A stretch of DNA of 64,000 bases from Laetmonice hystrix (Eukaryota): contig OZ249436.1 of NCBI GenBank assembly GCA_965235115.1, positions 5,210,001 through 5,274,000 of the forward strand, given 5' to 3'. How positions within the stretch are numbered: position 1 is the first letter of the stretch; the number at the start of each line of letters is the position of its first letter. The notes beneath the pieces were generated by a model. The model worked only from the letters and a program-made list of their open reading frames with translations. It ran no database searches and was not told the DNA's origin. This document shows positions 1 to 12,987 of this stretch, piece by piece. A program made the position numbers and the translations under genes.

Positions 1-106
1 TAAAGGATGCTCGGGGTTCTCCTGATGTTCTGGATCTCGAGCCTTGAGTTTAAAAACTGTTCGTATATCCAAAATAAAAGATATATCCCATTCCAGGTGT
101 ACGTAC

Positions 107-3100
107 TGTAAAAACGGTTAACTGGTTTCAGATAATGATCACGTGGAGGCGGAGGGTTAGCAAAGGGTAGACGGATCTGGTTGTTGGCAGGGTAATAACC
201 CGGGTCATCACCCGTCCCATCGTAACTGTCGTTAGTGGCCGCTAGGAGGCCATCCTCAAACCTCCTCAGAGCGTCAGTCCACGACTTGGCCGGACCGTAC
301 ATTAACGTTCCGTCGATAAAGGACGAGATCTCATTGATCTACAAAAGATGATAGGTCCACGTGGTTATTGAATAGAAATACACGTGTGTAAGTGAGGAAA
401 AGTGACACGGTACAAGGGGTATAGTAAGATATATGCAGTTCCAGCAAAAAACCTCTTCTGACGTTTCTTCATTACGAAATTAGAAACGTGTGTACTCAAT
501 TGAGTAACATAACTATCCTTAAAGTCTATATTTCAAACAATCTCTGATCTCCTCGCATGACGAAAACTGTTCTCCTTTATGTGAGCTACCTGTTGTCTTG
601 GGTTGTTGGGAGAGAAGCCAGTCCTCTGATCGTAGCGGGACCGGAGCAGTGGCAATTCCTTGCCGCCTACATCCTCCTGGTCATAGAGAGGGTGCCCACG
701 TGGAATCTTGATGTTGAAGTATTCAGGCGGGCACCCTGGACGTTGGGCATCGAGAACCTCCTCCACTACTTGCTGACCTGGCAAGGTCAAGCACCAATAC
801 GAGATGTTCATGTCATCATTAAAATTGAGGTATAGGGCCTACTACTTGCTGACCTGGCAAGATCAAGCACCAATAGGAGATGTTCATGTCATCATTAAAA
901 TTGAGGTATAGGGCTTATGGGGGCCTACCGTGACCGCAGTCTTTCAAGGCAGAAAATAGTAGGCCTATTGACCACAATATTTATATCAATGTTATATGTA
1001 CGGTAAATTTGTTACCCTTGAACCCAGTATTTGAAAAATTGAGATCTTGTTTGCGCTTGGCGTTCCTGTTTGGCTGGTCTATTCAGGACCGTACCCTATT
1101 CAGGGGACACTGCTTTAAGCTTGAGAAGAGGTTATGGTTTCCAAAGAAAGAATATCTGAACTTGTTTCTATATATCTGATAGATAGCCAGTTACTGTTAC
1201 ACACATAGATAGATACATAGATACTGTCACACACATAGATATCCAGTTACTGTCACACACTTACCAAAGAAAACAAGCAGCGCTGTTCTGCCCCTGTATG
1301 ATGGGAACCCCGTCGATCCATTCATGACACTTTCACTGATGGTGATCGGGTTTGGACGACTTGTTCCGGCTGGCTCGTACACACCATCACTGTACACAGG
1401 GGGTACCCGACGGTAGAGCTGTGTCTCTGCATCAAAGTTATACCCAACGTCTTCACAGTCAGCAAGGAAACAGGTCAGCACGATCATAAAGGATAGCTTG
1501 TTGTAAATCTGATGTTGTATTAAACATAGGCGCCCGAACATATTCAGAGTTTGGGGACCAACTATATCCAATGTGCCCGAGGGGACGAAGCCGAAAGATA
1601 TACTTGCAGGGTTACTCCGATGACCAGTCAAAGCCCACCCTCTCCGCATACAGCTTTACAGCTGGGAGGGCCTTGTTAACAATCTTTGTGATCGGCCATT
1701 CAGTTTGATAGGCATCAATGTATATTATATGGGTCCCACTTTAGCTTCCCTATAGCAGGGACTGGCGCTCACCTGAAGCACCCCAGTCTGGGTGAGCAAA
1801 GTTGTTGAAATATCCATCATATGGACGGTCTTCGATGTATTCATGGTGCTGACCTACAATATACAATATACAACATTAATTCACATGAGTCCCGGAGGAA
1901 CCTGAGCCTGCAACAGATAGTGCCTTTGTTACCCTTCAAAACGGCGTAAAATTAGGCCAAATCCCATATTATATATAGCAAGAGGAACAGCAACTCCAGA
2001 AAATATAGTTCATAGGAGCCAACGAGTTTTCCTATTACGCATTGGCTTATAGTAAGGACAAATAGGCCATTAAATATTATTGAAATAAGCTGACAAAAGT
2101 GGAGTTCAGTCGAGGGTAAGTCTTGGCTGTTCCCTTGACAGAGACAAGGGTAACCTAGGTGAGCTGACGCCTGCTATGAGGGAACCCCTGGACTGCAAGG
2201 CCCAGGTATAGCTTAGATCTTCGGGTTTAGAGGCTAGAGCACTCGGGCTAGTGGGGTAAAGGACCATTGCAAGCAGTCACGCGAAATTGTATAAATATAT
2301 AGGCTTAAAACGCTGCAGCCGATAACCGCTGCCACAGCCTCAATCTGGACTTTGTAATGTTACATAATAATATATAACACAACAAATATATGGACCTATA
2401 TGACAGGGGCGGCTGTTATAAAGTCTGCCCAAGCGGCAGCGTGACAACCAAGTGACGACCTCAATGTTCAGCAGCGTGCTGAAGATTGCTCTCTGGACGC
2501 TCGACAGGGTGAGCAATATGAATAATCTTCCTGTCTACTTCCAGTGGAAACACCATTTTAAATTACACTGTTATGTAAGCATCTTGTGGCACTTCCCTTT
2601 GCCTTTGTTTTTCTCACGAATCGGGAAGCCAGTATGATCGTGTGAAACTAGTCTTTGTTTCCGCGCTGACCACAGAATACAGGTAGGGCCTATAGTGGGT
2701 GTTGAGTGTAGGCCTATTGTAGAAGCAACAAGTTACGCACTGTCAGTGTAGCTTGTCGACAAGACGTTGGCCTCGCCCAAGATCCAGCGGAGCTTAACAA
2801 CGGAAACTGAGGGGGGAATCCCGACTGGTCGAGATAACTGGACCGTCTCGGGTTGCTCCTGACTTCAAGGGGTTCCTCATTGTGCCCAGCTCGCCTGCTT
2901 TCGGTCGACTCTACATTACTGTGAATTCTTCAGATCGGTTGATAGCAGGCAGGAAAGCAGACAGGAAAGATGCTCCCGAGTATGATTCGTAGTACACAAT
3001 GACCAGGAAATAGTGATTTAGGCCTACACTGAGTACAAATCGGTGCCCCCACAGTGTGTATTTTGATGACACTACCCGGTATATAAGTCCCGCACACAAT

Positions 3101-6100
3101 GAGGAAATATTATTTTATTATTTTATCCTTGTATACATGGCTATGATGGTCAGGCAACTTATCTTCCAAGTGGCACCATGCAGTCTGAAGTAGGCCACAC
3201 TTCAACATGGCTAAGCTTTAGTGGATCACACTTTACAGGCGATTCATTGATGTTTACAGTGTGGGGTATCGTGGGGTCCATTCCACCTGGCAAGCCGTCA
3301 ACTGGTCCTTTGACATGGCAGAGTTTTACCGGCCTCTATTCAATCTCTAGTGGTACCAGCACGGAATGTGCCCATCTCAGACATACTAACCTCCTGATAT
3401 AGACCAGGCCCCAGTTTTTAGTTTGCAAACCGAGTCTTAAGATTCAAATCTTAAGTCTGAACTCTTGTTTCAGAGATTCTGATTGGTCCTTCAAATGAAG
3501 TCAGCCAATGAGGGACCATAACACAAGTCAGTCTTAAAACTCCAGTCTTAAGATTGGTAAAATGACGAACTAAAAACCGGGCCCAGGGTCGGGTCCAGGA
3601 GTTTGGTAAATAGGGACGGGGGTGGGGGGTGGATTCAGGGGTAGAAAGGAGGAGGGGGACGTTCACCATGGTCAATTCAGAAAGTTCTATGGGGGAACAA
3701 GAAAAATTGGTTGCCAAGGAGGGTTCAAACCCCCTGCCCCCTCCCGATCCGTCAGTGTAGACGACACGAACCTCCTTATATCACGAATCCCACCTGCTAT
3801 TTTATCACCACATTGGGATAGTTATAAAATAGACTATCCTTTATGAAGTGTATCATAATATTGTCTCTTGGATTATAGAGCTTACATATACATGTAGTGG
3901 GAAAAATGCAATGCTCAATGAATTTAAAAAGCTATAGGGCCGACCGACTGGACTCTAGCGGGGGAGGGGTGATTGTTTCAGCCGCAGGTTCCTGTGGGGA
4001 AGACCCATTGGCTGAGGGAAGGAAGTGCATCTACCGTCGTTACGGTACATAAATTGAATTTTGACAATTGAGGAAATCGAAACTCATATGAACTACCGCC
4101 TTCTAAACGAGTCGACCTCGATTTTCTCTCGTGTGAGACGAGGCTTCCCTGGATGGTTTCATCTAGTTGATTACCGTACAACGGTAAGACCAACAACACA
4201 AACCTTACAACGGTAAGACCAACAACACAAACCGTACAACGGTAAGACCAACAACACAAACCGTACAACGGTAAGACCAACAACACAAACCGTACAATGG
4301 TAAGACCAACAACACAAACCTTACAACGGTAAGACCAAAAACACAAACCTTACAACGGTAAGACCAACAACACAAACCTTACAACGGTAAGACCAACAAC
4401 ACAAACCGTACAACGGTAAGACCAACAACACAAACCTTACAACGGTAAGACCAACAACACAAACCTTACAACGGTAAGACCAACAACACAAACCTTACAA
4501 CGGTAAGACCAACAACACAAACCGTACAACGGTAAGACCAACAACACAAACCTTACAACGGTAAGACCAACAACACAAACCTTACAACGGTAAGGCCAAC
4601 AACACAAACCTTACAGAGGTACAGGAGAATCATCCAGTCGAGCTGAGATAGGCCCACACTAACTGGAGCACGTCTCGATCGCAACACTGACCCTATCAAT
4701 GGAGGGCTCTATATGGCCGGTAGGCTACAGTGGGGATGGGAGAGGCTTAGAGGTCATTCCCTCCATCTATTCTCCCCCGTTACAAAATCGTATCTGACCA
4801 TTGGTAATTGGACCATTGGATTCGCCTCCTGCTGTTTACATTACGTTTACTGTTGCTGGTCTCTGCCATCTAACAGCCGTCCTGTCCTGTCTTCAAGCTT
4901 CAATGATTTTTTCGATTAGATTCCTGACCACATACAATTCATACAAATCAGCGTAACGAGGTGTGTAGTTTGTAAGGTGAAATGGAAGACCAGGATTTGC
5001 TTTGTAGTCACGTTGTTCCCCTTTGTTTACTTCAACTACATGTATGTATAGAACCCCTCCTTTTTCTAAAGTCCTAGATCCGCGCGCCTCTGGAAAGGCT
5101 AAAATCGTATGAATCGGCCAAAAGGTTTTCTGTTTGCGGACGGAGGAACCATGCCAACTGATGTTTGCAAGGTCTGCACATAAAGCAACTGCATATAGGG
5201 GAGTGCCGCTGCTACCTTGTCGTGAAAATAGTCCCGCTTCTCTTCACTCCCGGCCTAGCAGAGACAGACGATTACAGCTTGCAAGGCCGTGCCTATACAC
5301 GACGCTGGCATATAAGGTTAATTCAACTTTTCTGGAGGATTCATGTGAAGAATGGTAATCGGAAGAGTTTGCCAGTTATGTCATGAAGAATTATAGCGTG
5401 CGAATCACAACTGTGTCCCTTGGCAGCAAAACAACCATACCGCCATGACTCGGTCGGACTTCGATGTAACCGGCATTCTTAGACACTTTTATTAACAAAG
5501 ACCAGCATTCTTAGACACTTTTATTGACAAAGACCCTGAAGCCATTTTCGTTTCAGACGTAGAATCGTAATCATTTGACTTCTATATGCCTGAACAATGG
5601 GCAGATATGATGAAATAGTCTGATATGATTTGTTAGAATAGGCTGGATCCCCTTTTCTCCCGATTTTAAAGGTAGGATGTCATGGCATAAAATTGTGAAA
5701 ATGTTGTGATTGGTTCATTGGCCTCGGTTAAGTTCATTCAAAAAGGTCGGTTGGTCGTTGAAATGTTCGAGAGAACGTTATTAGGCCGTTATAGATACGT
5801 GCACACTAATTTACACGAAATATGGAATTTGGACGTATATATTAAAATTCACTTTAAATATCGCTTTCCTACGAAACCAAGTATAATCTAACCTGTGGTA
5901 AACCTAAAGGCCTTACTTCCAGGCCATTGTGTACAGCCTACTTCTCTTACTATCTTTAAAAGGGGGAACGCGGCGTCTAGCTTTTGGTTATTTCATAACG
6001 TCCGTAGTTCCTGGCGACGTTACGTCGTTACAGGGATCTGATAGAACTGTGGCGTCCATATTATCTCCAAGAAACCTCTGCGGTCTGGCATCGTATCTAT

Positions 6101-8123
6101 CGCATGGTTCTTACTTCATTCACCTCCGCGGCTGGGACGCCAAAGTTACCATGCCTCGGCCAAGTTTGCACAATTGAGTACAAGCGAGTGCCTGCGCGGT
6201 TTGAAGAACGCCAGGAAACATGATTGATGCTAAGGGAATTTTCGTGTAGGTTTGGTTATAAATAGTATTGAATAATTCTTTTTGGGAGCTTTGCCCTGGC
6301 TGAGCAGGCCGAGAATGTGCCTGCCTGTCCATTAAATAGTAAAGTTAAGAAGAATCAACGTCACGTTTCTTTTTCTGACTGGTAATAGAAGAAATCGTTT
6401 CAGTAATCTTTGCCTTTGGAAATGTCATTGAGCATGGTCATACGGGGTGAACCTAAAGAAAAACTACTGGCAGTGTGGCCGAACCTTACTGCCAACTCCT
6501 CATAAATGCACAGGTGTGTTGTGTCAAAGTGGTTGCACAAACACCATTCCAGGTCCCTTGGAACCGATTACAAACATTTCAGGGCTGGCCGCAGGCGTCC
6601 GCCCTACTGACGGGTTAGATCCATAGTTGTAGAAACGATTGGGATGGAGAGACCATACATTATGCCAAGTTCCCTTGTCTCCGTCCAACTTTCATGGAAA
6701 GTTAGGAATGGTATATTACATATGGGCCGTGGGGTGTCTCCGTTCTGACTAGGGAGAAACATAATGGTTTCTTGACAAATCAATTAAGGTTCTTTATATT
6801 GTTCTTTGCCACCAAAATGGTAGGCCTGCTTTTTTATAACACCTAGTCGAGACTGACTATCTATCAAGTGCACACTTCTAAGGACGTTTTCATGAATGAC
6901 ATGGGTACTGTCGAGCACGCCTGTACAATTGCTGTCTGAGGTCATGTCATTCGGATCCCTCTGGTCTTTCACGACGGTTCCGTGTATTGCCCGCCGGTCT
7001 CAGTGTCGGTCTTGGTGCTTGGTTATACGTGCTTAGAATATTATGTTTGGTTTTTCTGTTTTCCAGAAGAACAGAACCATGAAACAAGTCCCATTACGGC
7101 GGCGAGCCCCCCCCCCCTCCCCACCCGACACGGAGTCCCCGGCCTCCAGCAACTCCAGAGTTCCTGTCAAACACACATTTTACTATTGTTTTCTAAAGGG
7201 AATCATTGCCGTCTGAACTGCATGGTATGTAACGGGACCTGTATACGGCCGACTGATCACAATAGTGTCAAACTGAAGGCTCTCTGCTTTTTGTTGTTCC
7301 TGCTTTACTTAGACATGACCCTAATTTTTGTGATTTGGATGGGGGCCATGTAACACCACAACTACCATACTTTACTCTCATTACTTTTTGTAGTTCCTTT
7401 TGTTCTCCTTTCAACGATGATTGATGTAGAACTACGAGAGGTAATAATTCTACGACGTGATTTTCTTGTTCTGTCTTTCTGCATCTCTGCGCACCTAGAG
7501 TACTGACATGATCCACACCAAGGCGCTGTTGTAAGGGTGGGTTGCTCCTCCAAAACGATGAATTATAGTTGTATAACGACAGACAGCGGTGTCTTTGTGC
7601 GTCTTCACTCTGCAGTGTTGTGGTAGAGTGGCGGTGTAGCCTATGTTTTTGGGCTTGGCTTTACAGGGATGTAGCAATATAAATCTATTAGGCCTACTTG
7701 GCTCTGATACACAGTCACTCGACAACGAGTAGCAGATGTAGGCATATTGAAGTAAATACTGTACTATTATAACAGTAGCGTATGAAAAGGGATCCAGGGG
7801 CCAATTAAAAAAGTAGGGGGCACAGTAGGCTCCCATGTCCCCCAAATATTAAGCTCTTTGGCCAATTAAAAATAATGGGTACATTTGAATACTTTTCACC
7901 AACATTATAGAACTAGACGTAATGTGTTTCCTATCCTGTTAGTTTGTGCTGTTTTGATCACCATTTTTTGCTTACCTGACTGACTGATCCCCCCCAACTG
8001 GAGATAGCTTCCTACGCCTCTGTATAAGGACCACATTTATCCCGTCTAAACTTAAATCTGATTGAGTTGTCTAAGCTTCTTGCAAGTGCATCATCACAGG
8101 GCTTCCTTCCCCCTGTCTCGATT

Positions 8124-8184
<61 letters not shown>

Positions 8185-11100
8185 CTGTTTCTCTCAATGG
8201 TCTATCTCTCGCTGTCTATCTCTCCGTCTGTCTCTGTCTCTCTGTGTCTATTTTTGTCTCTATCTGTCTCTCTCTGTCGCTCTCTATGTCTTTGTCTCTG
8301 TCTGTCTGTCTGTCGTAGGAAAACTCGAGGTATAGGGCCCTAGAGACCTCCTGGCACTCTCCACCCTTACCTGAGCGACTGTATACGGCTATGAGGCTGA
8401 TCGGTCTCCATGCCAATATCGCATGAACGAGCACTTAGAGGTAGGCATATAGGTCTATACATGGATACATTCTGCCACTAGACGCGTCCCAAAGCGACCT
8501 TGCTGGGGTCACCGCTGGCTGTGACAGTGTCATCTGCTTAAATTTTGACGTGAACATGTGAAGAGGAACATAGCAAGACAGCGCGATTTTTCTAACTCTG
8601 CCCAGCAATATCGGAAAGCATGTCGGTAACAGCTGTGTCGTGTCGGTAACAGCTGTGTCGTGTTGTCTTTGACAGCTGTGTCGTGTCGGTAACAGCTGTG
8701 TCGTGTAATGTATAATCAGTGGGGGATCCTGGATTTTGATAAGGGGGGGACCAGGATTTTGATAAGGGGGGCCCACCATTTCTTTTTACATTTTGACTGT
8801 CCTAATGCATCTTCATAAAAAAAGAAGGAAAACCCAAGGGGGGCCTGGGGCCCCTAGGCTCCACTGGATCCCCCCACTGATAATGTATCCGGTTTGATCA
8901 GTGTAGCCTATGTCCGGAGCTGGTGTAGGCCTAGATCTATACTTGGGAGGCAGACAGAGCGGAATAATATAGGCTACCTGCAAAACTTTTGAAAAGGTAT
9001 GGACTGCAGAAATAGAAGTTTGCCACTTTGCTAACAAAAATACTATAAGCCTATTGCATGCTTTGATGCTACGTCTCATGTCGAAATAAGCGAGCTTCTG
9101 CAGTCATCCCCCTTATGTTTGGTTTGAACCTTTGAAGCAGAAAAAGGAAAAATAGCGGAGTGTTGCAACCCCCTTAACCCCCCCCCCCCCCGATCCGCCC
9201 ACTGGAGTCTTGAGGGTATAAGGCCAACTGAAAAAATATGGGGCAATTAGGTTTATGAATAGTATAAATGTAAACTATTATTTGTACTTTTTCAGAAATG
9301 GCGTTTCAAAATGCTAAACGTAGCCCTGATATGATTAAAATGATTGACAGACCGCACAGAAAGGCAGTAAGGGGGTTTAGCGCACATGGACATTGTGTAC
9401 CATGCAGTATTAATATAGTAGTAGCCTGAATATCATAGCAGGGAACAGTGGCGGCCTAGAGTAGACCTATAGTCTGTCGCCAGGCTGGAGTGAGCGGCTT
9501 AGTTACGGAACCTCTTGCACGATAGCAGTGGAGAGTGACCTATTGCGTGACCATGCCATCAATCCTGTCGGAGAAATAACGCACGGCAGCTAGGACTTTT
9601 AGAACGAGAACAGGTTCCGGAGAAGCTAACGTCGACGGCTAAACTCAAGGATCATACAATAGAATAGATTTTACTCAAGTCTCTCTAGTCATAACTGGGT
9701 GTTGAGCCCATGTGTCGTTCCTGACTTATCCCAATAGTTCCTGCCGTGATCCATGCCTCGCCCACACTCATGTCTACCTTCCAATCGATGTGCTTCATTC
9801 ATTATTGATAGAGCTCACCATTGTTGTTGCCCGGAATCTATGGCACCTTGGCCAGCCGTTTCGTTTCCTGTTATTGATAGAGCTCACCATTGTTGTTGCC
9901 CGGAATCTATGGCACCTTGGCCAGCGCCGTTCCGTTTCCTGTTATTGATAGAGCTCACCATTGTTGTTGCCCGGAATCTATGGCACCTTGGCCAGCCGTT
10001 TCGTTTCCTGTTATTGATAGAGCTCACCATTGTTGTTGCCCGGAATCTATGGCACCTTGGCTAGCCGTTTCGTTTCCTGTTATTGATAGAGCTCACCATT
10101 GTTGTTGCCCGGAATCTATGGCACCTTGGCTAGCCGTTTCGTTTCCTGTTATTGATAGAGCTCACCATTGTTGTTGCCCGGAATCTATGGCACCTTGGCC
10201 AGCCGTTTCGTTTCCTGTTATTGATAGAGCTCACCATTGTTGTTGCCCGGAATCTATGGCACCTTGGCCAGCCGTTTCGTTTCCTGTTATTGATAGAGCT
10301 CACCATTGTTGTTGCCCGGAATCTATGGCACCTTGGCTAGCCGTTTCGTTTCCTGTTATTGATAGAGCTCACCATTGTTGTTGCCCGGAATCTATGGCAC
10401 CTTGGCCAGCCGTTTCGTTTCCTGTTATTGATAGAGCTCACCATTGTTGTTGCCCGGAATCTATGGCACCTTGGCCAGCCGTTTCGTTTCCTGTTATTGA
10501 TAGAGCTCACCATTGTTGTTGCCCGGAATCTATGGCACCTTGGCCAGCCGTTTCGTTTCCTGTTATTGATAGAGCTCACCATTGTTGTTGCCCGGAATCT
10601 ATGGCACCTTGGCCAGCCGTTTCGTTTCCTGTTATTGATAGAGCTCACCATTGTTGTTGCCCGGAATCTATGGCACCTTGGCCAGCCGTTTCGTTTCCTG
10701 TTATTGATAGAGCTCACCATTGTTGTTGCCCGGAATCTATGGCACCTTGGCCAGCCGTTTCGTTTCCTGTTATTGATAGAGCTCACCATTGTTGTTGCTC
10801 GGAATCTATGGCACCTTGGCCAGCGCCGTTTCGTTCCGGATGCTATAATAACACGCCTGCAGTTTAATAGTACTCCTGGCCTGCAGTCGCTGAGTTATAG
10901 TGCTGTGATATATGTTCTTTGGCTTGTTTGTTTGTGGGTTTTTTCTTCCTTGCAGATTTCTCTGTCTGTTTGTCTCTGCGTTAGATCTTACTTAACGTTT
11001 TAAAACATTCCATTAGGACCACGAGAAACCTGCTTCGACAACCTCAAACATTCCTGACAGCTTTCGACGGTTGGGTTATTTAAAAGGGCACAAATTGGAA

Positions 11101-12987
11101 GAATCGCACTTTCGAACGACTTTTGTATCTTTCTGTGGTTAAATGCAAAACATAAAGAATAATGGTGAAACTGTTGTCTTGGCATGTGGCTTGATTACAG
11201 GCCAATCAACGCTACTTTCAGGATAGGAATATTTAATTTCGGACCTCTTTACGCTATCATAAGAAAAACGCAAAGTCAGTCGAAAAATTGTGCCCCTTTA
11301 AGTGTTTTTGTATGGGTGTTTTTTCTGGGTAGCGAGACACATTAGTAAGTTATAAAGAAATTGTCGATGACCCAAGAAATTGCTGACGGCCTTCCTGGTG
11401 TCAGTGGGTCTATTAATAGGTCGTGTCAACGGTGTGTGTCCTCAGGTACAAGTGCCTGGAACAAAGAGGATTCCAGAAACCTGCTCCCAGAGGTAACCAC
11501 GTGACTGGCCTGATACTCGAGGCATTCCATGCATTCGTTGCTTCTAATGGCTCCAGGCTCTCCTGTAATAACTGTCCATGGAACCGTATCACATAATGCT
11601 TGGAGTTCTTTTCACGTAAACGGCGAAGTTTTGTAACCGTACGCACTTTCTTTTTCTCTCCAACGTATGCTAAAAATCTGGATGCAGAGACCGCGGAAGC
11701 GGGGGGGGGGGGGGGGGCTTCAGCCCCCCACTTTTTTCTGAAAGCCCTTTTTTTAATATAAGTTTTATACTGTCGAAACTGTTCCGCGGTCCCTGGGATG
11801 TATGATCTTTGTAATCGCGTTGCACCAAAATCATGTTCTATGATACGGCTACGTATCAATTACTTGGTTTTCTAGCCTTTATGGTTTACTATTGAGATTA
11901 CAGGAGCATTTAGAGTAAGCTACATTACCATCGTGCATTACGTGGTATGAGGAGATACGTCCTGATTTGAATGCTGTCAAGGTCAGCTCGTCTCACTCGC
12001 TCTCTGCTCTTCATTATCAATGACGACCTCTCGTTGGGGTCACAGATAACCGGGTCAAATTCCAGAACGCTACATTTATAGGCCTATGTTAAGTGGACCC
12101 TTATTTTATGGCAGGCCCCGTTAGGTATTCAAACGTGGTGTCATACCCGTCATGGCTTCAAAACGAAATCTCCCCCGCGAACTCGGTATTCAGGCTTTTC
12201 GCCACTCAAACGTAGAATTGGATTCAGAGTTCATTCAATGTGGAGGCCCATCTCATTTCCGCATGTATTATTGTATTGGTCTTTAGCAATTGATTGTTCT
12301 TAAAATATTCCCGTCATTTTTTGCCGGGGGTAGAGGGTAGCTAAAATTTGTAAGAAAAAGTATTCTGTCTCCATGGTAGCGTTTAATGCACGCATTTAAA
12401 CGTTAGGAAACCGGCCTCGACCGTGAGCGAGTATGCGTGACAACATATGATTTTATTCAAGCCTTGATTTCACAAGGTCAGTGTGGCGAGGAATGTCATG
12501 AAGGAAAGTGGCTCGTACACTCGCCATAACCCTGTGTACATGTGTGTCCACCAGCTGCTCAATCGCTTCCGAAACATGCAGATTGGTGGAACTTAGAACA
12601 AAGTATAGGCCTAATAGCAAACCCCCAGTATTATATCCAAGTATCGGCCTCTACTTGTCACTTTCATGACACGCAGTGCCAGCCAAGAGGACGTCATGTA
12701 AATCGATGCCGCTGCCATTTAGCCATAATAATAGAAGCTTCAATAAGAGCATTAATATCATTGCAATACGCTTTAACAATATAACATGACGGTCGCGAGG
12801 CCACACAATGCAAAACCTTAGTGCTCACTGCCTGCGCCCCGCCTGTCAGTGCCCCCCGGGCCGGAGCTCCGGCCGCTGAGCGGACCCACCTACCTTTGAT
12901 CGACGGCAGGTGTGTCAGACAGTAAAGGGTGGAGACCAGCAGGGCCCACCGTACGACTCTAATCCTGAGGAGATTGCCTCTGGCCAT
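107..12987 (-). CDS. DUOX: Dual oxidase, 5' part (signal peptide plus N-terminal peroxidase-homology domain); gene continues off the left edge
   Basis: Phase-compatible GT-AG exons: 12987-12894 (MARGNLLRIRVVRWALLVSTLYCLTHLPSIK, signal-peptide-like; least certain, about 11 kb intron follows), 1853-1773 (YDGYFNNFAHPDWG), 1426-1265 (LYRRVPPVYSDGVYEP..RPNP..RTALLVFFG), 777-590 (QQVVEEVLDAQRPGCPPEYFNIKIP..RSRYDQRTGFSPNNPRQQ), 338-107 (INEISSFIDGTLMYG..PFANPPPP). These are characteristic DUOX motifs, and the gene is divergent from DUOXA. Confidence 0.93.
3407..3584. mobile_element. Harbinger-like MITE
   Basis: Imperfect TIRs GGCCCCAGTTTTTAGTT / AACTAAAAACCGGGCCC. Confidence 0.55.
4173..4616. repeat. 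29-bp minisatellite, about 15 copies
   Basis: Unit CC(G/T)TACAACGGTAAGACCAACAACACAAA. Confidence 0.95.
8128..8313. repeat. (CT)n microsatellite with degenerate CT/GT tail
   Basis: Seen directly. Confidence 0.95.
8717..8879. mobile_element. hAT-like MITE, 5-bp TSD
   Basis: TIRs CAGTGGGGGATCC / GGATCCCCCCACTG, ATAAT on both sides. Confidence 0.75.
9802..10836. repeat. 69-bp minisatellite, 15 copies, DUOX intron 1
   Basis: Unit TTATTGATAGAGCTCACCATTGTTGTTGCCCGGAATCTATGGCACCTTGGCCAGCCGTTTCGTTTCCTG, copies nearly identical. Confidence 0.97.
11084..11297. mobile_element. Kolobok-like MITE
   Basis: TIRs AAGGGCACAA / TTGTGCCCCT, TTAA on both sides. Confidence 0.6.

Noticed and set aside
8012..8434. 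ER/SL-repeat ORFs (also near 43230-44180 and 25717-25992)
   Set aside because: Translations of microsatellites or transposon subterminal repeats.
9712..11003. 325-aa and 214-aa Cys-rich or repetitive ORFs
   Set aside because: Produced by a 69-bp unit (a multiple of 3) that is open in several frames on both strands, inside a DUOX intron.
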